DNA of 64,000 bases, taken from NCBI GenBank assembly GCA_015680685.1, contig MNCI01001975.1, forward strand, positions 334,262 to 398,261. The letters run 5' to 3'. The notes under the pieces were generated by a model. It saw nothing but the letters and a program-made list of their open reading frames with translations, was not told the DNA's origin and made no database searches. This document shows positions 37,401 through 50,900 of the stretch, piece after piece; within the stretch, counting starts at the first letter, position 1, and the number at the start of each line of letters is the position of its first letter. Source of the stretch: Gnetum montanum (Eukaryota > Plantae > Gnetophyta). The position numbers and the translations under genes were made by a program.

Positions 37401-39149
37401 AAATACTACTTATTTATTATTACTACCATGTTACAAACATTTAGGTATGCTACAAAACCTTGTACATGAGTTGCCTTAACCTTTTTCCATTGTTCAACAC
37501 TTTCTACAAGTGCCTTTCGAGTAGGATCCTTGTTTTTATACAAATGCTTTTCCCATTCTCACTTTGCTTTAAGTGAATTTGGTATTTCCAAACATGAACT
37601 TTGTTTTCTACATCATGAAACTTAATAATTACATATATAGGCTTTTGATATCATTCAGTTATATTATATAAACTAGTCAATAAACCTTTATAATTTCAAC
37701 TCTCTTCTCAAATTTTAAAAAGAGAAATTTTTGTAAGCTTATATATAAAATGTATAAAAGTGTCAAGTTATAAAAATTTGATAGCTAATATTAATTAGTT
37801 ATTATAATAAATTATAGGGTAGATAGTTCTTGAACTTTTAAATTGAAGAAAATCCTCCTAACTTTTAATTTTTGCATAATAAAAAGCCCTATACCTTATA
37901 TGACCTCTTTTAAGACTATAAACATACTTAAGCTAAAACTAATTTATAAAGGTACAACTTTATATAAAAATTATGGATGTTATTAAAATGAAAAACTACT
38001 AGAAATTAAATTTCTATAGCCTTCAAGTAATATATTTAAGTGATATTCTAATTGACTTGGCTTTCTTTACTTGAAGACTTTCTTGCAAAGTTAAGAATAA
38101 GGACGTGAATCCATCCATCCATACAAGGCAGCATCTTGTAGTTTATATATGTTACGAAAGTGAACACTTTCCATGTATTTCTTATAATGTGACAAAGAGT
38201 ATATATATGCATTTAGATTTTGACACTNATTATAATGTGACAAAGAGTATATATATGCATTTAGATTTTGACACTTCTAAAGTTATAGTATCTAAAATGT
38301 TTAACAATTACTTTAGTTGATGTGTAAATTTTGGTTTTGGGCAATACCCTTCAAAAATGTATTTTAAGGGACAAAAGCCTAGGGTTTCTCCCATATAGAT
38401 ATAGAAGCCTGAAAATAATCTCAACAAGTAAAGCATAATATGATGGTCAAAATTAAACTAGAGATTAATTCTATACAAAAATAATCTTTAAGGTTATTTT
38501 TATGATGATAATAAAAAATGATAAAATATTTGAGAGGGTGTAACCAATGTAATGCCATAAAATTTTCTCTGATGAAACAAAAAATAACATATCAAATTTA
38601 ATGTTAAAATATAAAAAAATTAAAAGTTGGAATAAATGGTCTAGAAATCAAGAGATTCTAAAATATAACATAAATAGATGCTAAGGTAAAAATTAAAGTG
38701 AATTTTAACATATTTTAAACTATGATGAAATTGATCTCAAGAATGAACAATGAATAAAACATGTCAAGGATACAATGTAAATTATACTAAATTAAAGTAA
38801 ATTTTAAAATAAAATAGAGAACAAGATTCATAATCTAAGTAGTGTGATGAAGGAATATAAAATGCTAAAGCAACAAAATTTAAATAAAGATTAGTTCTTA
38901 CTTAGATAAATCACATAAATCTCTTACAATCAATTTAGAGTAATAACTAGAATCATAAGTCTCATGTACAAGAAATGATTAAAGCTAATGTCAAAATAAA
39001 ATCCAAAAGCCACTTATCTCTAGATTATGCTATGGATTTCATCTGCCAATTGAGTGATCACCTGTACTAGATTGCTAGCCCATACCTCCAGTAGGTACAC
39101 CTCTTGTTATAAGTTAGTGTGTCTAGTCTTCCCTTCATATGGGAGCTAT

Positions 39150-40836
39150 TATAACAACCCTACTTTGGAAAAGTATCATTTGGCACCATGCTTGAGTCTT
39201 GAAAGAGTCGAACAACCCAGAGCGAACTCAAAATGGACTATGCCTTAGCAATCACTGAATATTGCATACACAACATAACACACAACACTTAAATGAATTA
39301 GATGGTGAGAGGTACATTGAATACACCATATAGAATTAACTATGCAACATTATCAACAAGAGAGTATCATGATCATCTATAATAATACATAAGTAGTTAA
39401 TCAACCATTATAGACATCATCGATAGTAAGATGGTGATGTATCTATAAGGAAATGACTCACCCCTAAACCCCTTACAATTTGGTACAAGGTTCAACAAGG
39501 AATTGCACTTGGATTATCTAATCTAGACTACCTACATATTCACAACCATAGTAGAATGAGATCCCATGTATTTCTACTAGATGGTTAAGATAGCATGGAA
39601 TCACAATGGATCTCCATGCTCCTCCGACCTCCATTCTAGAGAGAAACAAACTTTGATCCACCAACAAGGCATACTTTCCTACACTCTCCACCATTGAAAG
39701 AAGTAACATCCTTGGAGCATGTACTATTTTAAGTGTGGAGAGCCACAAATGGATATCAAGGATCTTGGAACAACTAGAAGCCAATTCGACTATTATAGAA
39801 GAGAAAGGTTCAATGACTAGGGTTAATCAATTGTAAAGACAAAGTGTTGAACTCATTCCATCATACAACATAGGCTTAGAGAATTTCATGCATCTTGGAT
39901 TTAGGAAGAAGAGGTTTGTCTTTTTTCATGCAAACTGTACCAACCTTTTCTACCCAAAGAAAAATTGACTTACTTTACATGTGAGCTAGTCCTCTATCTC
40001 TCATTGTGAAATGAGATAATAGAGTTGATCCAATTGCTTCCAAGGGGAGCCTACTTGTACCTTGGGGGAATGACTCCACATGCCTAGTAATAGTATTTCA
40101 CTAGTATGAGCAAGGATCTTGGGATCTAGCCTCACACTGGTAATCACCCACTCCATAATCGAAAGAAGAGAGATATCAATTCTTCATCTCTTAAAAAATG
40201 ATTTATCTCAAATCCAACTGGGTACCTCCTCCAAACTTTCATCTTTTTTATTCACTATGCCTCCCTCCACTATGGCTTCCATTATCTATTAGTTACCTCT
40301 AGCCGGTCATCCATGAACATTCACAATGGCAAATCAATGTGGTTTTCGGTATAGAAATTTGCAATGAAAGTTTTGTTGTTCCAAAGGATTTTCCATTTCT
40401 CTCATGTATGCTTCTCTAAGGACATTCTATGTCAATGCAAAATGAATTCTATCTTTTGATATGGAGTGCATCTTGTGGTGTTCATGTTGATGATGGAGAA
40501 AATTCATCATTCTTTAATTGCTTTCATATTTGAAGGTTTCCTGGACCTTAGTGTGGAAGGATCTATGTCCCTAGGATTAAACTTTTTAAGAATGAACACA
40601 TGAAACATTGAATGATATTTGTCTAAGTAAGATGGTAGTTGTAGTTTATAGGCAATTAGATTCACACAAGAAGGGACCTTGAAAGGTCCATCATAATGCT
40701 TGAGGAATTATTGGTTTGCTACCTTATGTGGCCTCATCTGCCCCACATAATCCAATTTTAACAATACTCACTCTCTAAGAACAAACTCCAATGGCCTTCA
40801 TTTGTTATTTTCTTGTGTTTTCATGTGATACATTAG
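39150..40836 (-). mobile_element. Galadriel-like chromovirus 3' part (integrase GPF module, chromodomain, probable 3' LTR; left boundary approximate)
   Basis: RPLEFVLRE*VLLKL..HYDGPFKV..AYKLQLPSYLDKYHSMFHV..EFILH*HRMSLEKHT*E; purine tract GGAGGGAGGCA near 40260. Confidence 0.7.
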
Positions 40837-41991
40837 TGTAGTGACTGAAAACATTAGTGGCTGGAACACCGAGAGGTTGTCAGGAGAATAGTTTAACCCC
40901 AGATTCGTGTGATGGCCATGCTAGAGAGAAACGGAAGTGGGGCACCCTAAATGGTCTGGTCGATCAGACAGGGACTTAATCAATGTATCTTAACCTTTCG
41001 TAAACATTTTTTTCAGAAGGGAGAGACACAAAGTAAATTGCTGATTCTGCCAAGGAGATGCCAGAGTGAGAAAGATTGTTGCCAACAAGTTCTAGAGCTA
41101 CCCAAAGTCTTCTTGATGCTTTCATGCCAGTGGTGCACTACTCACCCTATTGAGGACATTGGTGTACCATAAGTAGTTTCTTGCTACATTGTGTTACGCT
41201 ACGTAGCATAGCCACTAGTCTTGACAGAGATTTGTGTAGGATCTGCAGAGCATTTGTTTGAGGCTTAGTCAGGCTAACAACTGCAACTTTTTTCCTTCAT
41301 GCTGGGAAGTCTTTGGACTCATTGAATTCATGTTTGAAATAATTTTGTTGTTTTTGCATCATCGCTACGTTGTGCTACGCTATGTAGCATAGAACACCGT
41401 AATAGCCAGTGTGTCATGCTTCTTTGTTTAGTCTACCATTTTATAGCAAGAAACTTTGCTCAAGGCCTGAGGGCTAAGTGGGATAGGTAGCTTTGGAGGC
41501 TAAAGTCTTTTTGCTAAAGTGTAGCCTTCTTGATGGAATCATCTGGAAATATGGGCCTTTCTGCTTTGCCTTTTCTATGCTGTAGCATAGCACCTTGTGT
41601 TGGCTAAATCTTGACTTGTCTTGCAATCATTTTTTCAATTTGCATTTGAATGCATAAGAGGTTATCTTTCAATGCTTGGTATGATGCATAGCATAGCAGA
41701 CTTCTTCACTAGAAAAATTGCTGAACTGTTTTGCTCATCCCAAACACGTTCGACAACTCCTAGCCTAGTCTTTAGGTAGACTGTCAGTCGTGTCAATTGT
41801 CTAGTTGGGCAGGATGGAGAGTCCAGTGAGCCTGTCAACCCTAGAGATAGAAAAATTGCTAGACTGGACAGTCTATCCCAAGTGCCTACACTTTCCTATT
41901 GAACCATCGTGATGCTGCACTTGTGGAAGTCCTTGCCTAAGTTCCAAGATTCTGCTGAAGCATGAGGGTCTTGAAATTTTATGGTGTTTCA
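40837..41991 (-). repeat. 3' LTR of the Tat element (1155 bp, internally deleted)
   Basis: TGTAGTGACTGAAAAC...ATGGTGTTTCA; collinear with 57207-59084 except for about 690 bp missing. Confidence 0.93.
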
Positions 41992-43386
41992 TTGGCCCCT
42001 CTTTATCGATGTTTGGAGGATCTGCCCAATAGATGTTGACAAAGAATACGAAACACCATGAAGGCAAAGGCACCAACATCGCTCTCTGGTGGTTTCTCAA
42101 ATGTCACTTTACTGTGCTTGGGAGTAATACGATAGTTGTGTAAAAAAATGGGGGAAAGGATGGACTCGAGTTGATAGATTCAAAAAAAGGAAAGAGGAAA
42201 CGTAGTGTGGTTCCTCGTTGGAGTGGTTGTGAGGGAATCGGCATGTGTGGACATTTTTATTTTGCTGGCTTCTGACCTCTTGTCAGAATTCTTAGAGACA
42301 GTCATTGTGAAAAAACTGGTATGCCATTTGTTTTGGACACATGCTCTTTTTTTTGAGCTCTTTTTCTCTTTTATGATTTTGCATTCTTTTTCTGTTGTTT
42401 AGCCATGTTCACTTGTAAACAACCTTGTTGCTGTAAGATAGGAATTTCCTCCCCAAGATGAGTTGTGTTACATCCATGTCGGGCTTTGACTTGCCTATAG
42501 ATGCTTCCCAGGCAGTGAACTGCATTACACGCATCATGGACTTTGCGGTTGAGCATATGGGAGGGCTTTACATGCATCGAGAAAGCTTGTAAAGGAGATG
42601 TGAAAAGGGAAACTATGGGTGTAAGAAATGAGATGACAAAGGTTAAGAGGAAGGGTAGGATGTGCACTCCCAAGTAGCTAAGCTAGTCAGAGAAATTACC
42701 TTGGAACTATGTAGTGTCCTATCCTCCTGGCGAAATGCATCCATGACTAATGCCATCTTGGCTCGTATCCTGCAAGCGCAACACAAAGTAGACCAGAGAA
42801 ATGTAACCATGAAATGCATTTAGGAAAAGGCATTTCTTGATTTAGACACTGCTAAAGTGGTAGGCATTGTTGTTAAGGCATGCGACGTCTAAGGCAAGAA
42901 GGCCAACAATGGTTCTGGCAGCAGCAGATTGAAGGGGCTGGCATTGAGGGGGCTAGGAGTTGCAATGATGTGAGTGCTTAGGAGTCTCCACCCAAGGCAA
43001 ACATCATGAAATTTAGTTGTAAGGTGAAAGGCCTAATAGCTGAGCATCTTTTGAGCTCGGATGATGGTAGGGGATGGAGGATAGCGACTTTGTGGCTGGG
43101 CCACAATAGTGTTGGAACTCCAGCAGTAGGCACTAATAATGAAAGCTACTACCAGGGTGACAGGTTGTGTTAGTGGTAGCTCTGAAAGGTCAGCAAGATG
43201 TTAGATGACATCTCTGAAGGATCAGCAAGATGCCAAGGGTAGTGGCATTGCATATGTTCCAAAGGGTGTTCTTTTATCATCGGGAACTGCATTTTGGAAC
43301 TGCAACATCCCACCCTACGTTGGCACTATGCACGCTTGCTTGCTTGTAGAATCTTGGATGTAGGTTAAGAGTTTTGTGCTGTGAAC

Positions 43387-43756
43387 CTAGTTTAATGTCT
43401 TGGTAGACCATTAGATGTAATAGTTTAAGGTCCCAGCAAACTACAATGTGCTAGTTTAAGGTCTTAGCAGACTGCTGTGCTAGTTTAAGGTCCTAGCAGA
43501 CTGCTGTGCTAGTTTATCATCATCGCAGATGGTGGATGGGCTAGTTTAAGGTGATAAAAAAACTTCTATGCTAGTTTTACATCATAGCAGATGGTCTGTG
43601 CCAATTTATAGTCATTTATAGTCATAGAAGACTATCTATGCCAGTTTATAGTCATAGTGGACTATCTGTGCTAGTTTATAGTCATAGCGGACTATCTATG
43701 CTAGTTTATAATCATAGAGGACTATCTGTGCTAGTTTATAGTCATAGCAGACTATG
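43387..43756. repeat. 3' UTR tandem array, about 12 units of 29-34 bp containing a palindrome
   Basis: CTAGTTTAW-RGTC-N6-GACT units, with CATC-N6-GATG variants. Confidence 0.92.
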
Positions 43757-43777
43757 AATGCTTACCTTGTCTTTACA

Positions 43778-46700
43778 TTAGATGTAGTATGGATTAAGGT
43801 ACAAGTGGTTCACTAGATTTGCAAACTCTCTGCCATCTATGTCTGCCAGTTTGAAGGCTCCATTTTCATAGGCTTTTGTGACTATGAATGGACCTTCCTA
43901 GTTTGCTGAAAACGTGTTCGCATGTTCACAAACAACTTTGAGAATGAGGTCCCCATTTTTGATTGGATGTTGATGTAGGTTGGAATGATGCTTTCTCCGC
44001 TTCTTGTCTTGGTACCATTCAATACAACCTAGTGTTTGTGCACGTTTTTTCTCTAGGGAGTCGAGGTCGATGATCCTTGACTTGTTGTTCTGGGCTTCAT
44101 TCACAATGCTTGAAAGGATCATCTAAAGTGATGGTACCTAAAATTCAAGAGGTAACACTGCTTCAGATCTATAAACTAGGCTATAAGGAGTCTTACCTGT
44201 AGTCATTTTGCACATTGTATGGTAGGCCCATAACACGTAGAGGATTTGCTTGTGCCATCGCCTCTTGCTATTGCTAAGCATCCTTTTAAGCAAGTTGATG
44301 ATGGCCTTGTTTGTTGCCTCCTCCTGACTATTTACCTATGGGTAGTATGGTGATGAAAAGGATTGCTTGATGTCAAGGTTGCTACAAAATATTTTAGTTT
44401 CTGCACTACTAAACTGTGGCCCATTGTCCGTCACTATAGTCATGGGAAGACCAAACCTTTTTACTATGTTGTCTAAGATAAAGTGGCAAACCTATTGGGA
44501 TGTAGTTTTCCTAAGGGGGATAGCCTCTACCCACTTTGTAAAGTACTTGGTGATAGTGATGATGAAGCTATGTCCAATGGAAGACTTAGGTGTTATGGGT
44601 CCTATGATATCTAGTCCCCATCATTGGAATGGCCACATGATTTGTGTAGGGTGCAACTCAGTAGGTAAAACATGGATAATATTTGCATGACATTGGCATG
44701 TATCACACATCCTAACTTTAGCAAAGCAATCTCATTCTATGCAAGGCCAGTAATATCCTAGGCATCTGATTTTAGCTGCCATGGTCCTAGGAGCTATGTG
44801 CCCTCCACATAGTCCTTCATGGACCTTGTTAACGATTTTTTGTGCCTTCTCCCCACCAACACAAGTTAGTAGTAATATCCCATCAAAGGAGCATTTGCAT
44901 AAGGTATTATCTCCTACAAGGACATAATAACATGCTTATTTTCGGATTGCATCCTTTTGGGTGGATGTCAAGCCGTGTGGGTGTTCACCATGTTGAAGGT
45001 AGACTTTAACATTAGTGTATCGCTCTTGGGTGTCGGTAGCGCTTATGGAGGCGACATGTACTACTTGAGTGATAGGATTTATGCATTCTGTTATTGAAGT
45101 AGGCAAAGTTGCAAACAATTATGGTGGCACATTTAATGCTAGCATGGCTAAGGAATTTGCTATAGTGTTCTTGTTGTGTGGCACATGTTGGATATCTGTC
45201 GTTGTGAACTGTTTCAACAAATTTTTGGCCAAATCACAATAAGGCTATAAGTGTGAAGCTTTATAGGCATAGATGTTAGTGATATGGTTGATGACAAGTT
45301 GGGAATCACCTCGAATTGCAAATTGTTGGATCTTTAATTGTTGGGCTGCTAAAAGGCCCTTAAGGAGTCCTTTGTACTCAGCTACATTATTTGTACAAAG
45401 GAACGTAAAATGGTTGAATGTCCCCCAAGGGGAATGTAATGATGGCAGCAGCACTACCACCTTGCGTGGTTGAGACGTCGTCGAAATGCAAAGTGGCCTC
45501 GAAGTGCAATGGCACAGAGTTGATACTGTTAACATGTTCATCGGGGAATTTCAGTTCTATGGTCACTTGATCATTGACTGGTGAGGTCGTGAGCTACATA
45601 GCTATCACTTGTCCTTTCATTGATGATTGGGCTACATAGTGTAATTCGAATTCTGCTGTTATAGCTTTCCATCGGGCTATCTTGCTACTCTCGTATAAGT
45701 TGTTTGGGATAGCCCAAAGTATGTTGCTCTTGCATATAATGTTAACTTGGCTACGAAATAGGTGGTGTCTCTACTTTTTTAGTGCAAATACTAGGGAGAG
45801 AAAATCCCTTTCTACTTCATTGTATTTCCCTTCATAGGCTATTAATGCATGGCTCAAGTAATATACTAGGATTTCAGAGCCATCCTCTCTTTTCTAGCAT
45901 ATTAGTGCTATGATAGACGTGTTTCAGGTGGCAAGGTAGATGTAGAAAGAATTATTCCTCTGTGGTGGGTAAATAGTTGGGAGGTGTAAAAGCTCTTTCT
46001 TTAAGTCATCGAAGGCTTTTTGACACTATGTTTTCCACTCAAAGTTAAACCCCTTCTTTAGTAAGTGTTGCATGGGATGTAACTTGTTGGTCAACTTTGC
46101 TATAAACCTTTTGATAAATTGTATTCTACCTTGCAATCCATACAATTATTTAAGGTTGGTAGGGGGTGCTAGGTTAACGATGGCCTTAACTTTGTCAGGG
46201 TCTACTCGTATTCCAACCTCTTATACCACAAACCCTAGCATGCATATGATTTTAACGCTGAAAACACATTTCTTTGGATTGAGATGCATGTCATGCCTAT
46301 GACAACACTTGAGGACTACCTCTAGATCATTGGGATGATCAATAGCTATTTTATACTTGACTTCTATGTCATCAACGTTATCATTTAGTCTCTCTAGGAG
46401 GTAGTCGTTGAATATGTACGTCATGGCTTGTTGATAGGTTGCTCCAGCATTTTTGAGACCAAAGGACATCATAGTGTAACAAAAGGTTCCCCAAGGGGTC
46501 ATGAAAGTATTCGTCAATTGATGCTCTGGGTTGATGCGAATTTGATTATAACTCGAGAACCCATCCATGAAGGATAACATGACTAGCTGTAGTGTCGATA
46601 AGTTGATCAATACTTGGTAGTGGAAAGTCATCTTTAATCATTGCTTTGTTTAGATCTTAAAAGTCTATACAAATTCGTATTCCTCTTGTTTTCTTAGAGA

Positions 46701-47190
46701 CTACAACGATGTTTGATACCCACTCTGAGTAATCGACCGCATGGATGAAGCCTGCTTGATATAGCTTGGTAATTTCATCACGTATGGCTAGTACGATTTT
46801 TGGTTTAATTTTTTGAGTCTTTTGTTTAATCGGTTTGACGCATGGGTCCAAGTCAATGTTATGTTGTATTAGTTGTGGATCTAAGCCCGACATGTCATTA
46901 TAGGACCACATGAACACTTTGACGTTGTCTTGAAGGACTTTAGATACATATTTTGTATTTTTTGATCTAGGAGGGAGCTAAGTTTTAGTGTCCTTATTTC
47001 CCCCCTTGATGTTGTTATAGGTGTTTCGATGAGAGGGTCCTTGGTCCCATCCCTAGCCTTTAAGTCTAATTCTTGGACTAGATGTTCGAGCCAATCTAGG
47101 ATGTTTCCAGGGATGCTATAGTGTTATTAGTGGATGATTCCCAATCTATTGACTCTAAGTTTAGATGTCTTGCAAGCTTACCATGAGGAC
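43778..47190 (-). pseudogene. pol: RT, RNase H, archaeal-type RNase H and integrase (decayed)
   Basis: FMWSYNDMSGLDP, SFMDGFSSYNQI, FGLKNAGATYQQAM, NVDDI; aRH CTNNVAEYKGLLKGL...IRGDSQLVINHI; integrase ending EGPFIV...YLNPYYI*. Confidence 0.92.
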
Positions 47191-47368
47191 CTGTCAAGGT
47201 TAAAAGTGAATGTAGATCACATTGGATGGCCATTTTTTTCAACCTACCACTATAAGAAAAAGCCAAGTCAAGTGATACCTATTTGTAGCAATAGCGCGTA
47301 ATAAACTTTTGCAAAGAAAGAATGAAACATGAAATAATTGTAAACTATTCGGCCAAGTTCACAAGTTA

Positions 47369-47690
47369 CTAGTTTAAGGTCTTAGTGGACCATGAATGGG
47401 TTTGAACATGAAAGGGACATTAACTTTGTCAGTTTAAGGTTGTGGTGGACTGTAATATTGCAAAATCTAGTTTAAAATATGAAATGGATACTAAGGCTAC
47501 CAGTTTAAGGTCATGGTGGACTGTACTCATGCTATAGTATACATGAAAATGTAAATCAAGGTTGCTAGGTTAAGGTCTTAGCAGACCGGTAACAGATGAA
47601 GTTTGAGAACTAAGGTCACTAGTTTTAGGTCTTTGTGGACCATTGTGGGTAGGCTTTGTAAAGGTAGGTTGCTAATTCAAGGTAGGATGA
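47369..47690. repeat. Interspaced array of the same motif (5-6 copies, 53-70 bp period, dissimilar spacers)
   Basis: AGTTTAAGGTC-N6-GAC(C/T)-like copies at about 47369, 47430, 47500, 47565 and 47619; degenerate copy at about 47672. Confidence 0.85.
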
Positions 47691-47832
47691 AATTTTTATT
47701 TGGGCCCACCTGTTATGCTGCAAACAATGATGCTACGCTATAATGGGATTATGACACAATAGTGTTATGCTATACGGGGCATCCCACATTACTTGGGGTG
47801 TGAAAATGGCAAGTTCTTTTCACCACATCAGC

Positions 47833-47840
47833 TATAAATA
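47833..47840 (+). promoter_or_regulatory. TATA box of the antisense accessory gene
   Basis: CTATAAATAG about 140 bp upstream of ACAATGGCA (ATG at 47975). Confidence 0.6.
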
Positions 47841-47974
47841 GGGGTTTACCCTTGGTAAACTCATCATTTTTATTGTCAAAGTGTAGAGCCCACATACAGA
47901 GTGTAGCACGGTTGTGCTGAGAGAAAGCGAAGCAGTGTAGCGTAGCAGTTGATAGAGAATTTACAAGTGAGACA

Positions 47975-50900
47975 ATGGCACCCAAAGGTGAACACAAGCA
48001 CAAAGGACTTGCTAAGGTAGACGAGGTGAAGGACACTCTAGGGCGCTTGTCCCAGGCACATGTTGAAGTATGAGAGGAGATTCCATATGCTCCGTAAGTT
48101 GCTACGCTACCCTTGTTTTCCAGATGATAGTAATCATTATTATGATGAAATCTGCATCTTTTTCCACTGTTTTGGTTACCGTTTTGGCCGCTACACCGCC
48201 GCTATTGTTGGTTGGCCACAACAGCTATACGAACATTATGCTATAGCTACATGCGGTATCGCCTCGACCACCATTGTTGCGACTACCTTTTCACGGGGGT
48301 TTGGGTGATTCTGGACAACTTAGTGCATGGTTAGCGTAGCGTACCATCCCTAGGAGGGTTTGGCCATCTACAAGATTTGACAATGTGACACGTGTTTAAT
48401 GTAGTGTAGCACAAGTTATTTTGTACGACAAAAGTATGGTTGAAAAGGCTATAGCATGGTGAATTGTTTCTTTTCTAAACTTTGTAATGTTTTTATTATG
48501 CTATGCTGGTACATCGTAAGGTCTTTAGGTTTGTCGCATTGCTACGCTGTTGAATCTGCAATACCACTACGTTGCTGAATTTGTTTCTATTAAGTTTGCT
48601 ACATTGCCATGCTTGTCATAGTAATATGTTAATTACATTGTTATATTGTTGCATGTCTATCTATTCTTGTTCATTTGCTACGTCATGTGTCATGCATTTG
48701 CATCTAAGTGTTGTTGCATTGTGCGAGGGTCAATGAGTATGCTATGTTGCGAGTATCATGTTGTTAGGTCGCCTATGATTTTTATCCTATTTTTTTTATT
48801 AGAGAGAGATTTTTGACTGGGAAATCATGCTACGCTATATGAAAAGAAATTGTCATGCTATGCTATATGTAATTAGAGGGTTACGTTATGCTACGTGTAA
48901 ACTTCACTCGTACACAATGCTAATGTTTGATGCTTTGTTGCATAGGGTCATGTTGAAGCCCATTCTGATTGTCTTGAAGATTGTGGGAGTCCTATGCTAC
49001 CTTAGCAAACTGGTGGCCAATGTCCCTCCTCCCCATGCACGTGTGGGGTGACAGGTGGTCTAATTCTGGAAGGGTGCACGTGACTTCCTACAGTTCTTTC
49101 TCAACCATTTTAGTGTGATTATTTGGTCACACTTATCAGCAGAGAAAATAGCCGCAATCACAGAAACCTTGTTGCCTGGGGTAAACCGGGGCATTCTAAA
49201 ATTTTTGACTAATGGATCAATGAAGGAAGATCGGGTAGAAGATTCCAACCAGTGCCCAAAGGACTTGAGATGCTTAAGTTGGATCTGGGAGATGCTTGAG
49301 TATAAGTGCTATCACTTATACAACACGTTATTCATTGCCCGTCACATGGGCACCTACTTTGAAAACCCACCTAGAACTGTTTATTATGCCAACGGGTGAG
49401 TTCTATGAAGTTATTTTATCGCGTTGTGTAATCCATGCTATGCTAGATACAAGTATTAATAGTGTATATATATATTTTTTGTGTGTTACCAGGTTTTTTA
49501 TTGATAGGAGTGGTCTCCATGGTGATACAGATGTTTTGGTGTTGGCACAGATGGCCCTGTGGGAGCTTTCCTCTACTGGAAATGTGTGCATCAGTGTAAT
49601 AGGACAATTTGGGGGTGAGTTCAAAACCTATCCAACCCAATATTCCCAATTTTATGGGAAGTTTAAAGAAGCTGGTTAGTTGGATAGGGAGTGGGCATCC
49701 CTCAGGCTGCTCACTGTTGAAAACATGTTGGTGGATCTCCCACCATTTCCCATGTCATTTTAACCTAGTACGCTAAAGTGTGAATTCATTGTTACATTTT
49801 CAAATGATGTTCATCATTATTTTTTGTTTTTTATTTTTTCTAAGTTTTTTATTTTATTTTGCAAACCATTTCAGTGGCAAGGAAATCCCAAGAGGTGATT
49901 GTGATCACCTTCGGGCGCAATGAAACCAAACTATTTTTCAAGTATGGGGAGGTGGAGGAGACCCAGTGTTGGCTCTACAATGGGGCCCCAACCATGCTTG
50001 TCCACAACCTTCATGAGGTCGAGCTAATGGACTTATTTTTTGCTATTAACCCAAACATCTCACCTACTAAAATTTTTTCCTTAGCTGACTCTTTCTCGGA
50101 GAAAGTGGATCGCTTCCACACACGTGCTCACAGTGTGTGAGTGGTGTTTGAAATCAACAACCAATTGTTTGTGGATCTTTTCGGTGTCCCTTCTAATGGT
50201 CTCCTTGTAGAAGAAAAATCTAAGAAAGATGCAAACCATCAGGGGGACATTGAGGAGTGGCTAGGGGTGACAAAGGACCGAAAGGGGATCTACATTGAGA
50301 AGGTCAAGCTATGGGTGGATAAAACGGTTTACCCTGTCTTCTATGCCTGTGCCTTCCCCAAGCTGATCTCCCATGGAAAAATCATTGGAATTGAATAGGC
50401 TTGGATAATGAGGGACATCATGGAAGAGGGGACTCATTACAATTGGGAAAAACACCTTTGCAGAGGCTTGTAGGCTAAAACGGTGAAGCTTCACGGGAAG
50501 CTTGAGTCCCACTTCAACATGCATGATGCCTTCTTTATAGCTTGCCTACAACATTTTGTAGAATTCTTGCTAGTTTGTGAGAATGGAGTCTAGGTACTTC
50601 AAGATTGTAGCTAGATTTTGAAGTCATGGATTTGCCAAATATTCTGTACCACCCAATCTCAAGACCCCCCAAAATCTATTAGGGAGTCATTTTCAATGAC
50701 GACCAGGGATCGGGTGGCACGAAACTTTTGTGCCTAGGAGAGCATGGGAGAGGCACCCTCCATTACCATTGGTAGTGTGACAAGGGGGAACACTGCATTA
50801 TAGAGATGGTGATAACTAAGTTGCAATGCAAGAGATCTCTCCCGGCCGAGGAACTTCCTCGCAAAAATGAGGAAAGAGGGAAGAAGCTATAGCTCAAACT

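Noticed and set aside
38184-38273. Exact about 44-bp tandem duplication
   Set aside because: Centred on an n; unmerged contig overlap.
44367-44690. 107-aa plus-strand ORF, and similar ORFs at 46072, 53512, 54231 and 55029
   Set aside because: Antisense shadows of the minus-strand integrase, RT and gag-protease frames.
47369-47690. CRISPR array
   Set aside because: Eukaryotic retroelement context, no cas genes, degenerate repeats and weakly related spacers; kept only as a motif array.
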